Notes under the pieces: model-generated
Seen by the model: the letters and a program-made list of their open reading frames with translations, nothing else
Database searches by the model: none
Told to the model about the DNA's origin: nothing
In this document: piece by piece, positions 52,049-63,333 of the stretch
Position numbering within the stretch: the first letter of the stretch is position 1
How the letters are laid out: every line of letters begins with the position of its first letter
Made by a program: the position numbers and the translations under genes
Source: Balanoglossus misakiensis
Taxonomy: Eukaryota; Animalia; Hemichordata
Length of the DNA stretch: 64,000 nt
NCBI GenBank assembly: GCA_040954595.2
Contig: CM082593.2
Location: 8,875,200-8,939,199, forward strand
Reading direction: 5' to 3'

Positions 52049-52813
52049 TCCTGCACCCAAATACCCTCTGGCAGCCGTTTAACCTCTAAATAAAACGTTT
52101 AGCCAATAGTCAGTCTAAGAAAAAAGACTCCTTGAAAAATCTTTCACGATATTTGATTCATCATATTGGGCTAAACTGATCATCAGCCAATTTCCACAGA
52201 AAATGACGGGCAGCTACAGGCAGTAATTAGTAGGACCGCAAATGAAGTTTGCTTTCAAGGATTGGAAAGTGGGGAAACGATCGCCTCTAATTGCAGACGT
52301 TGTCGCCGCCTACAAAATCCGTATCTTCGAAACAAATTTTATGGATAAGATATTCATATATTATTTCTATTATCACTTACCGCTTTCTCCGATCGGCCAA
52401 ATCAGTCGCCAAACAGCAAGTCTGCTGCATGTGAGACGAGCGTATGTTTGTTCGGAAAAATGTACTCCAGTACTTCCGGTTAAGTTAGCATCCCAGGAAT
52501 TAGCATAGCATCCCAGGAATTACCATAGCATCGCAGATCGACATAGCATAGCAGAGGAGGTCGACAGCAGATCAGATTAAGTTAGCATCGCAGGAATTAG
52601 CATAGCATCGCAGGACTTAGCATAGCATCGCAGATAGACATAGCATAGCAGAGGAGGTCGACAGCAGATCAGATTAAGTTAGCATCGCAGGAATTAGCAT
52701 AGCATCGCAGGACTTAGCATAGCAGAGGAGGAATTAGCATAGCAGAGGAGGACTTAGCATAGCAGAGGAGGCCGACTTAGCATAGCAGAGGAGTGTCGGT
52801 ATCGGCCACCGTA
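52049..52813 (-). repeat. Right TIR of IS3EU element
   Basis: Reverse complement of 20209-20973. Confidence 0.93.
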
Positions 52814-53735
52814 GTAAACAGTTTGAACAGGTACGTGGTCGCCTCTGACGATCAACAGAAGCAAATGAGCGACATTTTAACCGGTGCTCAATCGCAGTAC
52901 GAGGCCAAAACATCTCAGAATCGCGATCGCGCTGTAGTACCTGTCGATGTCCCCATTCTATCTTCCCAACAGGCAAGCAGTAGTGCTGTCGCTGGTATGT
53001 TCGCCAACGCTACCATCACTGGCGGGACATTTAATTTTAATTTCAACGTAGCAGGTAATACCAGCACAGCCACAGCCGCATCGCGCTCCATCGACGCGCC
53101 CGCTGCCAAGAGACGACGTCCCATGGTTTTGTACGATTCGGACGATGAATAAACGGACACTTCCGTGTGTTGACATTTTTATATATTTTGAAACTTTTTG
53201 CTTGCCAATGACTGTTTAAATCGTCATGTTTAAAACGTTTTGGTGTTCCATCGTTTGCTGTTTGTATTTGTTCAGTGTTTCGCGTTTTTGGCAGACTGCT
53301 GGGAGAGGTCACGATCGTTGTTATTCACGCGACCGAAAGACGGTGCCTTGTTGATTATTTATGACATTTTTTCAGAATTCATGTTTTAGGGACATTGTTT
53401 GTTGATTAAAAATTTCCGAAATTCACTATATATATCTTGTATTGTCGTTATATTCCCTCTGGCATGTCTCGCCTCAGTTTGCAGTGAGTGGAAGGCGATG
53501 CGCGCGATGTTCCGCAGAACAGTACTCGCAGAAAAGACTCGTAAACAAGTAAACAACACTGTCCAATCAAAATTGGGGGTGTGGTAGACATTAGCCAATG
53601 ACAATTTCATGATGTCATCATATCGTAGCCTGTTCACGAAATTACCAAACAACCAAGATCATTCCGCAGTCGCATTTCTTTCGTTTTTTTATTCCGATGA
53701 TTTCTCCTAAAACGGGATTAACATATGTAATAAAA

Positions 53736-53928
53736 ACAGAACCCCATGGCTCGATCGTGCAAGCACGGCGTAACGGTAGTATTTGCACTCGTGCTGGCGG
53801 TGTATTCTTGCTGCCCCTCGCACGAGCGACAGCGAGTGCGGGGGACGGTCGCAAGAATACACCGCCAGACACTCGATGCAAATACTACCGTTACGCCGTG
53901 CTTGCACGATCGAGCCATGGGGTTCTGT
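53736..53928. repeat. Long terminal hairpin of the Crypton (52-bp perfect outer stem plus imperfect inner stem)
   Basis: ACAGAACCCCATGGCTCGATCGTGCAAGCACGGCGTAACGGTAGTATTTGCA and its reverse complement at 53877-53928. Confidence 0.9.
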
Positions 53929-54880
53929 CATACTATTAAATGATATTTCATGATAATATATCAAGCTCAACACTTATTTACGACAAAATGGCCAAAAATA
54001 AAAGAAACACTAAAATTCCTGCAATTTTTAAAAAGGTGCAATATTGCAATGAAAAGGGATTAAGATATAAGGTCTCAGCGTTGTACATTTACTTCCATGA
54101 TCTCTAGTGGATGAGATCATGTTTGTTTATGAAGTTTCATAACCGGAAATGCAACATTTTCATAGTTTCTTCCATTTTCCCTCGGTGGCGGCCATATTCG
54201 CTTGCAGCAAAGCTTTATTATTTATCTGGTTAAAACGTGCATATGCACTCATATTTAGGGGTTATAATGCTTGTGTATAGTTCACTGCCTTCATCTGCAT
54301 TGACTAATGGTAGAACAGTTTTAAACAAAAATTATGATAATTATCCCAAAAGTTGCAGCTTATGTGCCTTTAAACCGATATAATCAGTGGCTCGAGTCAC
54401 CATCTGAATTTGTCTATTACACATTAACACACATGTGACCCATGTTTGGTGCTTTAGTCACAAAAAGCACAATCAATATGAGAATTTTCGGTATGCTTCC
54501 CCACTAATAGTCTTCAGAGATAACAATTCAATTTATTAGAGCATGGTAACTGCCTCTTTTCCTCAGATGGAACTGTCTACACTTATCTTCAATTTAGAGT
54601 GTAACTCAAAAACAGATGATAGCATGTCCACAAAACTGTGTCACACAGTCATCTTGAAGAGCTCATCTGAAAACAGCACTATGAATTATTTCGAGATGTC
54701 TTTTTTTTATTTATCGCTAACGTTCACAAACTATAAAATCACTCTAAAATCAGAAAGTAATCCTTTGAACCCTTGAAAGAAAATTCCCTAATAATTCAAT
54801 AAATAGGGGCTCAAAGGTATGTGTGTGATAACAATAATTTGGTAATAACAGAAGAGATGAAAACTTATTTCATTTTGCAG

Positions 54881-55111
54881 ATGACCCTGAAAATGATGAA
54901 CAGCCTGTGTACTGCATATGTAAAAAACCTTATGATAAGCAGAAAGCTATGGTTGGCTGTGACAAATGCAATGGATGGTTCCATCCCAGATGTGTGGGAA
55001 CTACAATGGCTATAGTTAAAAGAAACGACACATTCTTTTGCCCAGACTGTCAAACTAGAATAAAAAAAAGAAAACCAGGCTACAATACCAACAGATATGA
55101 GTACATGTATA
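54881..55111 (+). CDS. PHD-finger exon, 3' end hit by two LTR insertions
   Basis: Acceptor TTTTGCAG; PVYCICKKPYD...MVGCDKCNGWFHPRCVG...FFCPDC (C4HC3). Confidence 0.85.
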
Positions 55112-55763
55112 TGTGACAGGTGAAATTAATCTTTTTGGGGGGATGTTTTGTTTTTGTTTCAGTGGAGCCCTTTTCAATGACATTTTATTGATCGGTTATT
55201 GATCCTACATGTTCTGCGCGTAATAATTTGCATATGCATCCAAGCCACCTGGTACGCACTATAAAAGACCCTCAAATTTATGCCACGCGGTTCATTTCAT
55301 TTCGTTACGCACAACCGTGCAGTTCCGTGGTGGCTGTGCTGTGATATGGTCCGTAGACGACGGTGATTTTGGAGGCCTACTCCTCTCCGTTAACCTACAA
55401 AGTGGTGGGGTGAGTTTCCCTGTTAGTGTTCTACCAGCATTTGTAAATTTTCGTATGCCCGAACTTGAAATATAATACCGTACAAACTCAGCGAAATGCA
55501 TACAAACTCTTTAAACTCGTTGTTGATGTGTACAGAATACGACCACTACATTTTCTTTCATGAACGAATTATTTTGTGTTGTATTTCAAATATTTTCTGT
55601 AATTTTGTTTGTGCGACAGGGTTTTCTTTGTATGTCCCCATGCGTATATGTTGCAATAAATCTTGGTTGCATAACTGGAATATTGAGTGCTGTACGTTTC
55701 ATTGGTCCGGGAGTGACGTGTGGAATGAGCGACCCACATTGGAAGTGAACCCTTGGGCACATT

Positions 55764-55781
55764 TGGCGTAGTCGGCAGGAT
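55764..55781 (+). promoter_or_regulatory. Primer-binding site, tRNA-Ser-like
   Basis: TGGCGTAGTCGGCAGGAT just after the 5' LTR, complementary to the tRNA-Ser 3' end ...AUCCUGCCGACUACGCCA. Confidence 0.8.
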
Positions 55782-56566
55782 CCAGTGACGTGGTTGCAGC
55801 ATTGAAAAGGACCCCCATCGCAGATTCAGCGACCAATCCCGATGTCGAGGGCTGCTCACATCGAAAGCACGGGTCCGGCGTTCCGAAGTGTTCCAGATAA
55901 GAACTCGTGTGTCGGCTTTTCTTTTGAGATATATGTATTTATGGACTTTTGATTTTACGGACATTGTGTATAACTGGGAATGTGACTCCTCGTTAACGAT
56001 GTACATGGAATAATGTGAATTAATGTAATTTGAAGCGTACATCGTTATTTTCTTATCATTTTTGTTTACATTTACTTTATTCCAATATTGGTTACTGTGG
56101 AAATTCCAGTTTTCTATTTGATGTAGTATTTAATTGCTATATATCTTTTGAATGGGTATATTTATTTCCGTGCTTTGGGTGTTTGTTACATGCGCCTAGT
56201 TATTTTGATATAATAATTTTGATGTGGTAAACCTGTTAATTGTGGATGTGATAACTGTTATTGACTGAATTTGCTAAATTTTCAAATTGTTTCCTAAGCT
56301 AAAAAAAAGGAAGTCGCACATTTTTCTCATTGTGGGGAAATTGTCGCTATTTTATTTCTGTAATCTGTGCATATTCGACTAAAATACCAAAAGAAAATCA
56401 AAGGATAATATAAAAATAGATATATATAAGTTTCTCTACTAGTTTTCCCTAAAAGCTACGTAAAAATGCATCATATGCCGATTGAATAATTTAATGAGGA
56501 AATATTACATTTCGTTATACTGGGAATTGCTATTTATCATCGTAATCTGTGCAAATTAATCTGAAG

Positions 56567-57617
56567 ATGGAGGAGTTGCGGAATGAAATTGATCGACTGC
56601 GTGCGGAATTACGCCAGCAACAGCAAGCAGTGTCACAAGCAGCGGAAATTGACCAACAGTACCGTATTGAAAGGGAGCGTGCCATACGTGCTGAAGAGCA
56701 ACTCGAAGAGACTCAAAAGAAGTTGGATCTTGAGCGGAAATGCAGTGACAAGGAAATCAAGAGAGAACGGGGAGAGATGTGTGAGGGTTTACCCGGCCGA
56801 ACTGTATACGTCGCTAAAGAACCGAAGAAAATACCAAAACTTGGTGGTAGACCTCGGACCGATGGTGATGTCGACGTGGAGGAATGGATTGAAGATGTTG
56901 AAAGATATCTGAATACAAGACCCCTGTCCTTGGAGGAACAAGTCGATTTCATCATGGAACATTTGCGTGATCAAGCCAAGTACGAGGTGAGGTACCGTTC
57001 GTCGAGAGATCGTGCAGATCCTTGGCAAATTCTCAGTATAATACGTGAAGTATTTGGCGATCCAGAATCAGTAACGCATCTGCAAGAGAAGTTCTATCGA
57101 ACTTCACGGAGAGACAATACATGAATATTCACTTTCTTTAATGCGTCTGTTGGATAAAGTGATAAAGAAAGACAAGAATGCTGAACTAACACGGGATGCC
57201 ACATTAAAGGGGAAATTCACTGAGGGAGTGTCTGATGAACACCTGCGTCGTGAATTAAGACGACTGGATGCGGAGTCCCCGGGGCTATCTTTTTACAAGT
57301 TTCGGGATCGTGCTATCCAATGGTTGGGAGAAGACGGAACCAAGAAACCCAGTAAAATGATAAGGGAAACCACAGCCCAGGGCACCGTGACCTCTTCTGA
57401 TATGACATCACTGTTAGAAGTTCTGAAGAAACAACAAGAACAGATCGACAAGCTCACCCACATAATTTCATCGAAGACAGGACAACCGAAGAGAGTGTGT
57501 TTCCAGTGCCAAAAGCCCGGACACTTCCAAAGAAATTGTCCTGAAGCCACAAGGAAGACGGGAAATAGAAATACACAGACGGCTGGTCAGACGTGCGGTA
57601 ACCACAAGGTAAACTAG
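56567..57617 (+). pseudogene. gag: Gypsy gag (coiled coil, PNMA-like capsid, CCHC knuckle), frameshifted at ~57105
   Basis: VEEWIEDV, ETIHEYSLSLMRL in the shifted frame, CFQCQKPGHFQRNC. Ends at G GTA AAC TAG with pol in the -1 frame. Confidence 0.88.
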
Positions 57618-60600
57618 AAGAACCCACTCCCACGAGCCAGGTAGTGGGTGGAACTTTTCGTGGCTCACCAACAATTTTGGACAGGCAAGCTGTATTTGAA
57701 AACGCCATTGGTACATGTCCGGAAGCAACAGTATTGTTTGGGTGTATACCAGTAAATTGTCTGCTTGACACAGGGGCAGAAGTATCTACCATTACAGAGA
57801 GTTTTTTCCGAGAACACCTGATCAGTGACAGAACTGAAATTTGTGATACAACAAACTGGCTAAAAATATCTGCTGCTAACGGGCTTCATATTCCATATGT
57901 GGGCTATGTGGAGATGGATATTACTTTGCTTGGTTATACTCTGCCTAATGTAGGTATACTTGTAATTGAAGACCCTCCCGGACAGGATACACCGAGTCGC
58001 AAGAGGAAAGTGCCTGGAATCATCGGCAGTAATATTCTCCGTAGACTACATGATGTACTTGAAGAATCAGTTGGCTGTGAGTTTCTTGCTTCTGTGGCCT
58101 TGCAACCAGATGGGAAAGATTGGGCTGAAGTTCTTATGCTCTACAAATCGACTAAGGAACAGTCACCCAACCCTTCAAATGAACGAGACCGCCTTGGTTT
58201 TGTTAAAGTTGCCAGAAGACGGCCAGTAGTAATTCCTGCCAGAACAGTGAAAACAGTCACTGGAACAGGACGCGTCATGACTGGAGAATATTGTGCCATG
58301 GTGGAAAGGATTGATTCTGTTGACTGCACACTTCCCAACGGCCTGTTGTTGATACGATCATATACAAGTGTACGTCATGGTCATGTACCCGTGTGTGTTG
58401 CTAACTTGGGTAACGAAAATGTAACTCTTCAACCAAAAACAAGACTGGCACAATTGTATTTGGTAGATGAACTGGATAAACAGCAATTTCGAAACTGTTC
58501 CATTCAACAAGTAAGCACAGAGGAAATTTGTATAGGACCACGATCAACTAATCTCTCGGGGAGGCCTGAAGCCAATCTCTCCCAAGACATATTTGACCGG
58601 ATAAAAGTTGGAAGTGAATTAACCCATAGCCAGCAGAACAAGTTGCACGAACTTCTGGAGACTCACAACCACGTTTTCAGCTTGGATGACAATGACCTGG
58701 GTTACACCGAAAGAATCCAACACAAGATTCCAACTGTAGATGATACTCCAATCAAACTGCCATACCGACGAATTCCCCCTCATCTTCAACCTGAGGTCAA
58801 ACAACACCTACAGAAGTGGTTGACTCGAGGAATTATCAGACCTAGTACAAGTCCGTATGGATCCCAGGCTGTTCTTGTAAGAAAGAAGGACGGGTCACTC
58901 AGAATATGTGTTGACTACAGAGCACTTAACCAGAAAACAAGGAAAGATGCCTATCCTCTTCCCAGAATAGATGAATCGTTGGAAGCTTTGCACGGAGCGA
59001 AATACTTCAGCACTCTTGACCTGGCACAGGGATATCTACAATGTGCAATGGCTGAAGAAGACATCCAGAAAACTGCATTTAGAGTCGGAACTGGTGGATT
59101 GTACGAATTTACCCGAATGCCCTTTGGACTCTGTAATGCGCCGGCAAGTTTTCAGAGGTTAATGGAGGCCTGTTTGGGAGACCAGAACTACGAAACCTTA
59201 TTGCTCTACCTGGATGACATACTGATTTTTGCTTCTTCCTTTGATGATATGCTGTCTCGTTTGGATCTCGTCTTTTCTCGACTTGGAAAAGAAGGCCTGA
59301 AGCTGAAACCAGAAAAGTGTCATCTATTTAAAAGGGTGGTGAGTTATCTTGGACATCTTGTATCGGAGACCGGTGTTTCTACAGATCCTGGAAAGATAAA
59401 AGCTATTGAACAATGGAAAGAACCTACAACTGAAACAGAACTCCGTGCATTCTTGGGTCTGGCTGGATATTATAGACGCTTTGTTCGTGACTTTTCGAAG
59501 ATTGCGGCGCCCCTGCATTCTCTTTTGACGGGGAGTGCAGACAGCAAACGACACAAAAGAAAATCGCCGCAGTTGTCCAGGGAACCATTTACAACACGCT
59601 GGACTGCTGAATGTCGCCATGCTTTCCAGAAATTGAAAGACTGTTTGATATCAGCCCCTGTACTTGGATACCCTGATTTTACTTTACCTTTCAGATTGGA
59701 AACCGATGCCAGTCACTAAGGTCTTGGTGCAGTTTTATCGCAAGATCAAGCCCAGGGAACCGTGGTAATTGCCTATGGAAGTCGAAGTCTCAAACCCAGT
59801 GAACGGAATATGGACAACTACAGTTCTGCAAAGCTGGAATTACTGGCACTGAAATGGGCGATCACTGAGAAATTCAGAGATTATTTGCTTGGTGCACCAT
59901 TCACAGTTTATACGGATAATAATCCCCTCAGCTATTTGCAGACGTCCAAGTTGGGTGCCATGGAGATGAGATGGGTTTCACAGCTATCCCAATTCAACTT
60001 TACAATCAAATATAGAGCTGGTCATCGAAACAAGAATGCAGATGCTCTAAGCAGACATCCCTGTCCTGAATATGAAACTGTACAACTTGTGGATGTGGAA
60101 GCCGCATTATCGGACGTGGTATGTACCTCAGGTTTGCCTGCTGAACTTCGTACCAGTCTAGAAACAACTGCATTTGTCAAGGGTGTTGATAGCTGTGCCA
60201 TGGAACTGGAAACGGTAACTTCTCTTCCGACTATTGAAAACTCAAACATGTCTAAACTGCAACATGACGATTCAATTATAGGGCAAGTTTGGAAATATTG
60301 GAAGTCTGGTCATCCACCCCAGCTACGTGAGCTCTTACAAGAAGAAAAATGTACGAGAAAGCTGCTGCGAAATTGGTCTAAGCTACAGATGATAGATGAT
60401 GTCTTATACAGGGTGATATACCAGGACGGGGAAAAGGTAACTCAACTATTGCTACCCGAATGTCTGAAGAAATTAGTATTGACGTCATTGCATGACAACA
60501 CAGGACATCAGGGAATTGAACGCACCCTATCTCTTGTAAGAAATAGATGTTACTGGCCAACTATAGTGAAAGATGTAAATAACTGGTGCAAGAAATGTGA

Positions 60601-62013
60601 AAGGTGTTTACTAGCCAAACAGCCCTATCCGAAGGTCAAACCTCTGATGGGTACAATACGTGCATCTCAGCCATTTGATATTGTGGCAATGGACTTTACC
60701 GTATTGGAACCATCAACAGATGGAAGAGAGAATGTTCTCGTCATAACAGATGTATTCAGCAAATTTACACAGGCCATCCCAACCAAGGACCAGCGGGCCC
60801 GTACTGTTGCCAAAGTACTAGTGAAGGAGTGGTTTGTTCGATACGGAATTCCTCGCAGATTGCACAGTGACCAGGGGCGCAACTTCGAAAGTGACATCAT
60901 ACAAGAACTCTGTAAAATGTATGGCATTGAGAAGTCACGCACAACTCCTTATCATCCTGAAGGAAATGCCCAGTGTGAACGTTTTAATCGTAGCATGCAT
61001 GATCTTTTACGTACCCTTGGTGATGACAAGAAAAGAAAATGGACAGAATATTTATCTGAACTGGTCTATATGTACAATGCAACTCCTCATTCATCCACAG
61101 GACTGTCTCCGCATTTCATTCTCTTTGGACAGGACCCAAGATTGCCAATTGACTATGTACTACAAGGTGATGCGTCCTCGCATGAAGAAGACGATGTGGA
61201 TGACTGGGTCAAAGGTCACAGAGAAAAACTCAGAGACAAGAGCGACATAACAGATATGCAAAAGAAGCGTCTATTCCAATCGGTGGGAGAGTATTCCTCA
61301 GAAACCGCAAAGTCAGAGGGAGAAATAAAATTCAAGACTTTTGGAATCATCTGCCCTACAAAGTGGTGTCTCGACCCGATCCAAAGGGTAATGTGTATAC
61401 TGTAATGCCTGTTGATGGAATAGGAAAATCCAAAACTGTACATAGGAATGAACTGCTCGACACAGGACAAGTCGTGGGTGATTCTTTGATTAAATTACCA
61501 GAACCGGGAGAAACCATATCTGAAAATGAATTCGAACCAGAATCCGACTCTAGTAGTGATGATGATGTTCAATCGTATGTTTTACATCTACCTCCTTGCA
61601 GTCGTCATGGTGATAGAGACTTTGTGGTACGTCCGGAAGTGCCTATTGAGGAAAACCAACGGAGACGAAGTCCATACAGAGCAGGGAAGCCTAGCAGGAA
61701 TATTGCCGATACAGCTCCCTCCACTCCACAAAGCCACGAGACTTCAATGGAAACTGAACCGGAGGAACGACCGCCACTTCGACGCTCCACAAGGTCAAAC
61801 TTAGGAGAGAATCCCAATCCCCATAGACTTCCACGATCGGTCCTTCAACGTACAGTTTCTGGTGAGCCTGTTCCAGCCACAGTTGCCAAGCCATTTGACA
61901 ATTTCAGTAAGGCAGTGTCTGAATTGGGGGATAACCTTGGACGTATTCTTTTGGAGGGGTGGTTACAATCAATAAAAAAAAATAAAAAAAAAATATATAA
62001 TCGCGGAATTTGA
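57608..62013 (+). pseudogene. pol: Gypsy pol (protease, RT, RNase H, integrase) with a premature stop and a frameshift
   Basis: LLDTGA, LCNAPASFQ, YLDD, ETDASH*GLG (TAA 59717-59719), HDNTGH...CERC, DIVAMDF, HSDQGRNFES, GNAQCERFN. Frame change at ~61235 before RQERHNR...FWNHLPYKV. Confidence 0.93.
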
Positions 62014-62749
62014 AATAAATCTTTAAAAAAAAAAAAAAAATTATAAATGTTTTTCGTGTGTGTCCGAGACGACACACACAGAGCAGGGAAGAATGTGACA
62101 GGTGAAATTAATCTTTTTGGGGGGATGTTTTGTTTTTGTTTCAGTGGAGCCCTTTTCAATGACATTTTATTGATCGGTTATTGATCCTACATGTTCTGCG
62201 CGTAATAATTTGCATATGCATCCAAGCCACCTGGTACGCACTATAAAAGACCCTCAAATTTATGCCACGCGGTTCATTTCATTTCGTTACGCACAACCGT
62301 GCAGTTCCGTGGTGGCTGTGCTGTGATATGGTCCGTAGACGACGGTGATTTTGGAGGCCTACTCCTCTCCGTTAACCTACAAAGTGGTGGGGTGAGTTTC
62401 CCTGTTAGTGTTCTACCAGCATTTGTAAATTTTCGTATGCCCGAACTTGAAATATAATACCGTACAAACTCAGCGAAATGCATACAAACTCTTTAAACTC
62501 GTTGTTGATGTGTACAGAATACGACCACTACATTTTCTTTCATGAACGAATTATTTTGTGTTGTATTTCAAATATTTTCTGTAATTTTGTTTGTGCGACA
62601 GGGTTTTCTTTGTATGTCCCCATGCGTATATGTTGCAATAAATCTTGGTTGCATAACTGGAATATTGAGTGCTGTACGTTTCATTGGTCCGGGAGTGACG
62701 TGTGGAATGAGCGACCCACATTGGAAGTGAACCCTTGGTCACATATAGG

Positions 62750-63282
62750 TGTTACCGCCCGCCATCCTTCGGACGTTTACCTCATCGGCTTCTGTGGGGA
62801 ATCAGCCACGTCCGACGGCTGACGGTGTAATTTCTCTCCATTTCCACCCAACATATTCATAGAGTCTGAGAGAGGTACCCGGCAGATCGTAAACCTTTCG
62901 TAGACAGAGACTTGCAACAAGTTTTCCGAGTAACACAATGTTCTGGTTTATTACTGGTCACACGTAAGAATTACACGACTCGATCCATGCTCGTTGACTC
63001 CCATCACGGATCTCCGGTGATAATCGTGTGATCTCAAATTTCACCACACCTTATTAATACGTTAGTCAAGTATTAAGTCATAAAAGGAACACGTCATCTT
63101 AATATTTCTTAAACATGAACTTAGCGCGTGATATCTCTATCTCATTCTGACATGTATCAATTACACAATCTTGTTTACTCTGGGTCAAGTACCTATATCA
63201 ATACTGGACTACAATCATACAGGTGCATGACTTCTTACTAGTCATAGAAAAGATCTATGAGCGTTAAAACTCAGTCGTGACA
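62750..63282. mobile_element. Solo LTR of a different family, TSD TAGG
   Basis: TAGG|TGTTAC ... GTGACA|TAGG; 533 bp; no evident similarity to the adjacent LTR. Confidence 0.7.
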
Positions 63283-63333
63283 TAGGTAACAAGGACATAA
63301 ACTTAACATGTAACTTCTCCTTCAATGGTCAAG

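Larger units (their letters stand above)
20209..52813. mobile_element. Giant IS3EU-type DNA transposon (32,605 bp; ~21.5 kb without the Kolobok insert)
   Basis: GTAAAC|TACGGTGG...CCACCGTA|GTAAAC. ~765-bp near-identical TIRs (the spurious 88-aa ORFs 20514-20780 and 52242-52508 translate identically). Encodes an IS3EU-like transposase; the empty site restores the YR ORF. Confidence 0.93.
18929..53152 (+). pseudogene. Crypton tyrosine recombinase (DUF3504/ZMYM-QRICH1-KCTD1-related), split: 18929-19821 + 19905-20208 + 52820-53152 (~509 aa reconstructed)
   Basis: LDNLLASFFWSVRMKNGMEYEPDSL, FGLRG (R), EYNERVTKTRKG, TCPVRVFKEYEFRRP, PFYL, TNHSARKT (HxxR), SGHKNV|NSLNRY (H, Y). Removing both inserts with one TSD copy each gives 1530 nt in one frame. 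Confidence 0.9.
18710..53940 (+). mobile_element. Crypton (tyrosine-recombinase DNA transposon), interrupted by a MITE and the giant IS3EU element
   Basis: YR gene, 14-bp inverted repeat TTTATTACATATGT (18719-18732) / ACATATGTAATAAA (53721-53734) and a long terminal hairpin 53736-53928. Exact ends approximate. Confidence 0.75.
18650..54369. mobile_element. Outer TTAA-flanked Kolobok-type MITE split by the Crypton (pieces ~18650-18710 and ~53940-54369)
   Basis: TTAA|AGGTACATGAGCTGCACC on the left; reverse complement of the right end is TTAA|AGGCACATAAGCTGCAAC (15/18 identical). Confidence 0.55.
55112..62743 (+). mobile_element. Ty3/Gypsy LTR retrotransposon, full length, TSD TATA
   Basis: 650-bp LTRs 55112-55761 and 62094-62743 (TG...CA), almost identical. 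PBS, PPT AGAGCAGGGAAGAA, gag-PR-RT-RH-IN order. Confidence 0.97.

Noticed and set aside
20209-52813. Simple inversion, or a recombinase-controlled invertible segment between inverted repeats
   Set aside because: A 6-bp direct TSD and collinear halves of the YR gene show an insertion that destroys the recombinase.
20209-52813. Polinton/Maverick (long TIRs, 6-bp TSD, integrase)
   Set aside because: Ends are TAC...GTA rather than AG...CT; no pPolB, ATPase, protease or capsid genes seen; genes are intron-rich.
53642-53973. Mirror-image ORFs on both strands
   Set aside because: Artefacts of the long palindrome.
55292-55771. ORFs duplicated at 55292-55771 and 62274-62822
   Set aside because: They lie within the LTRs.
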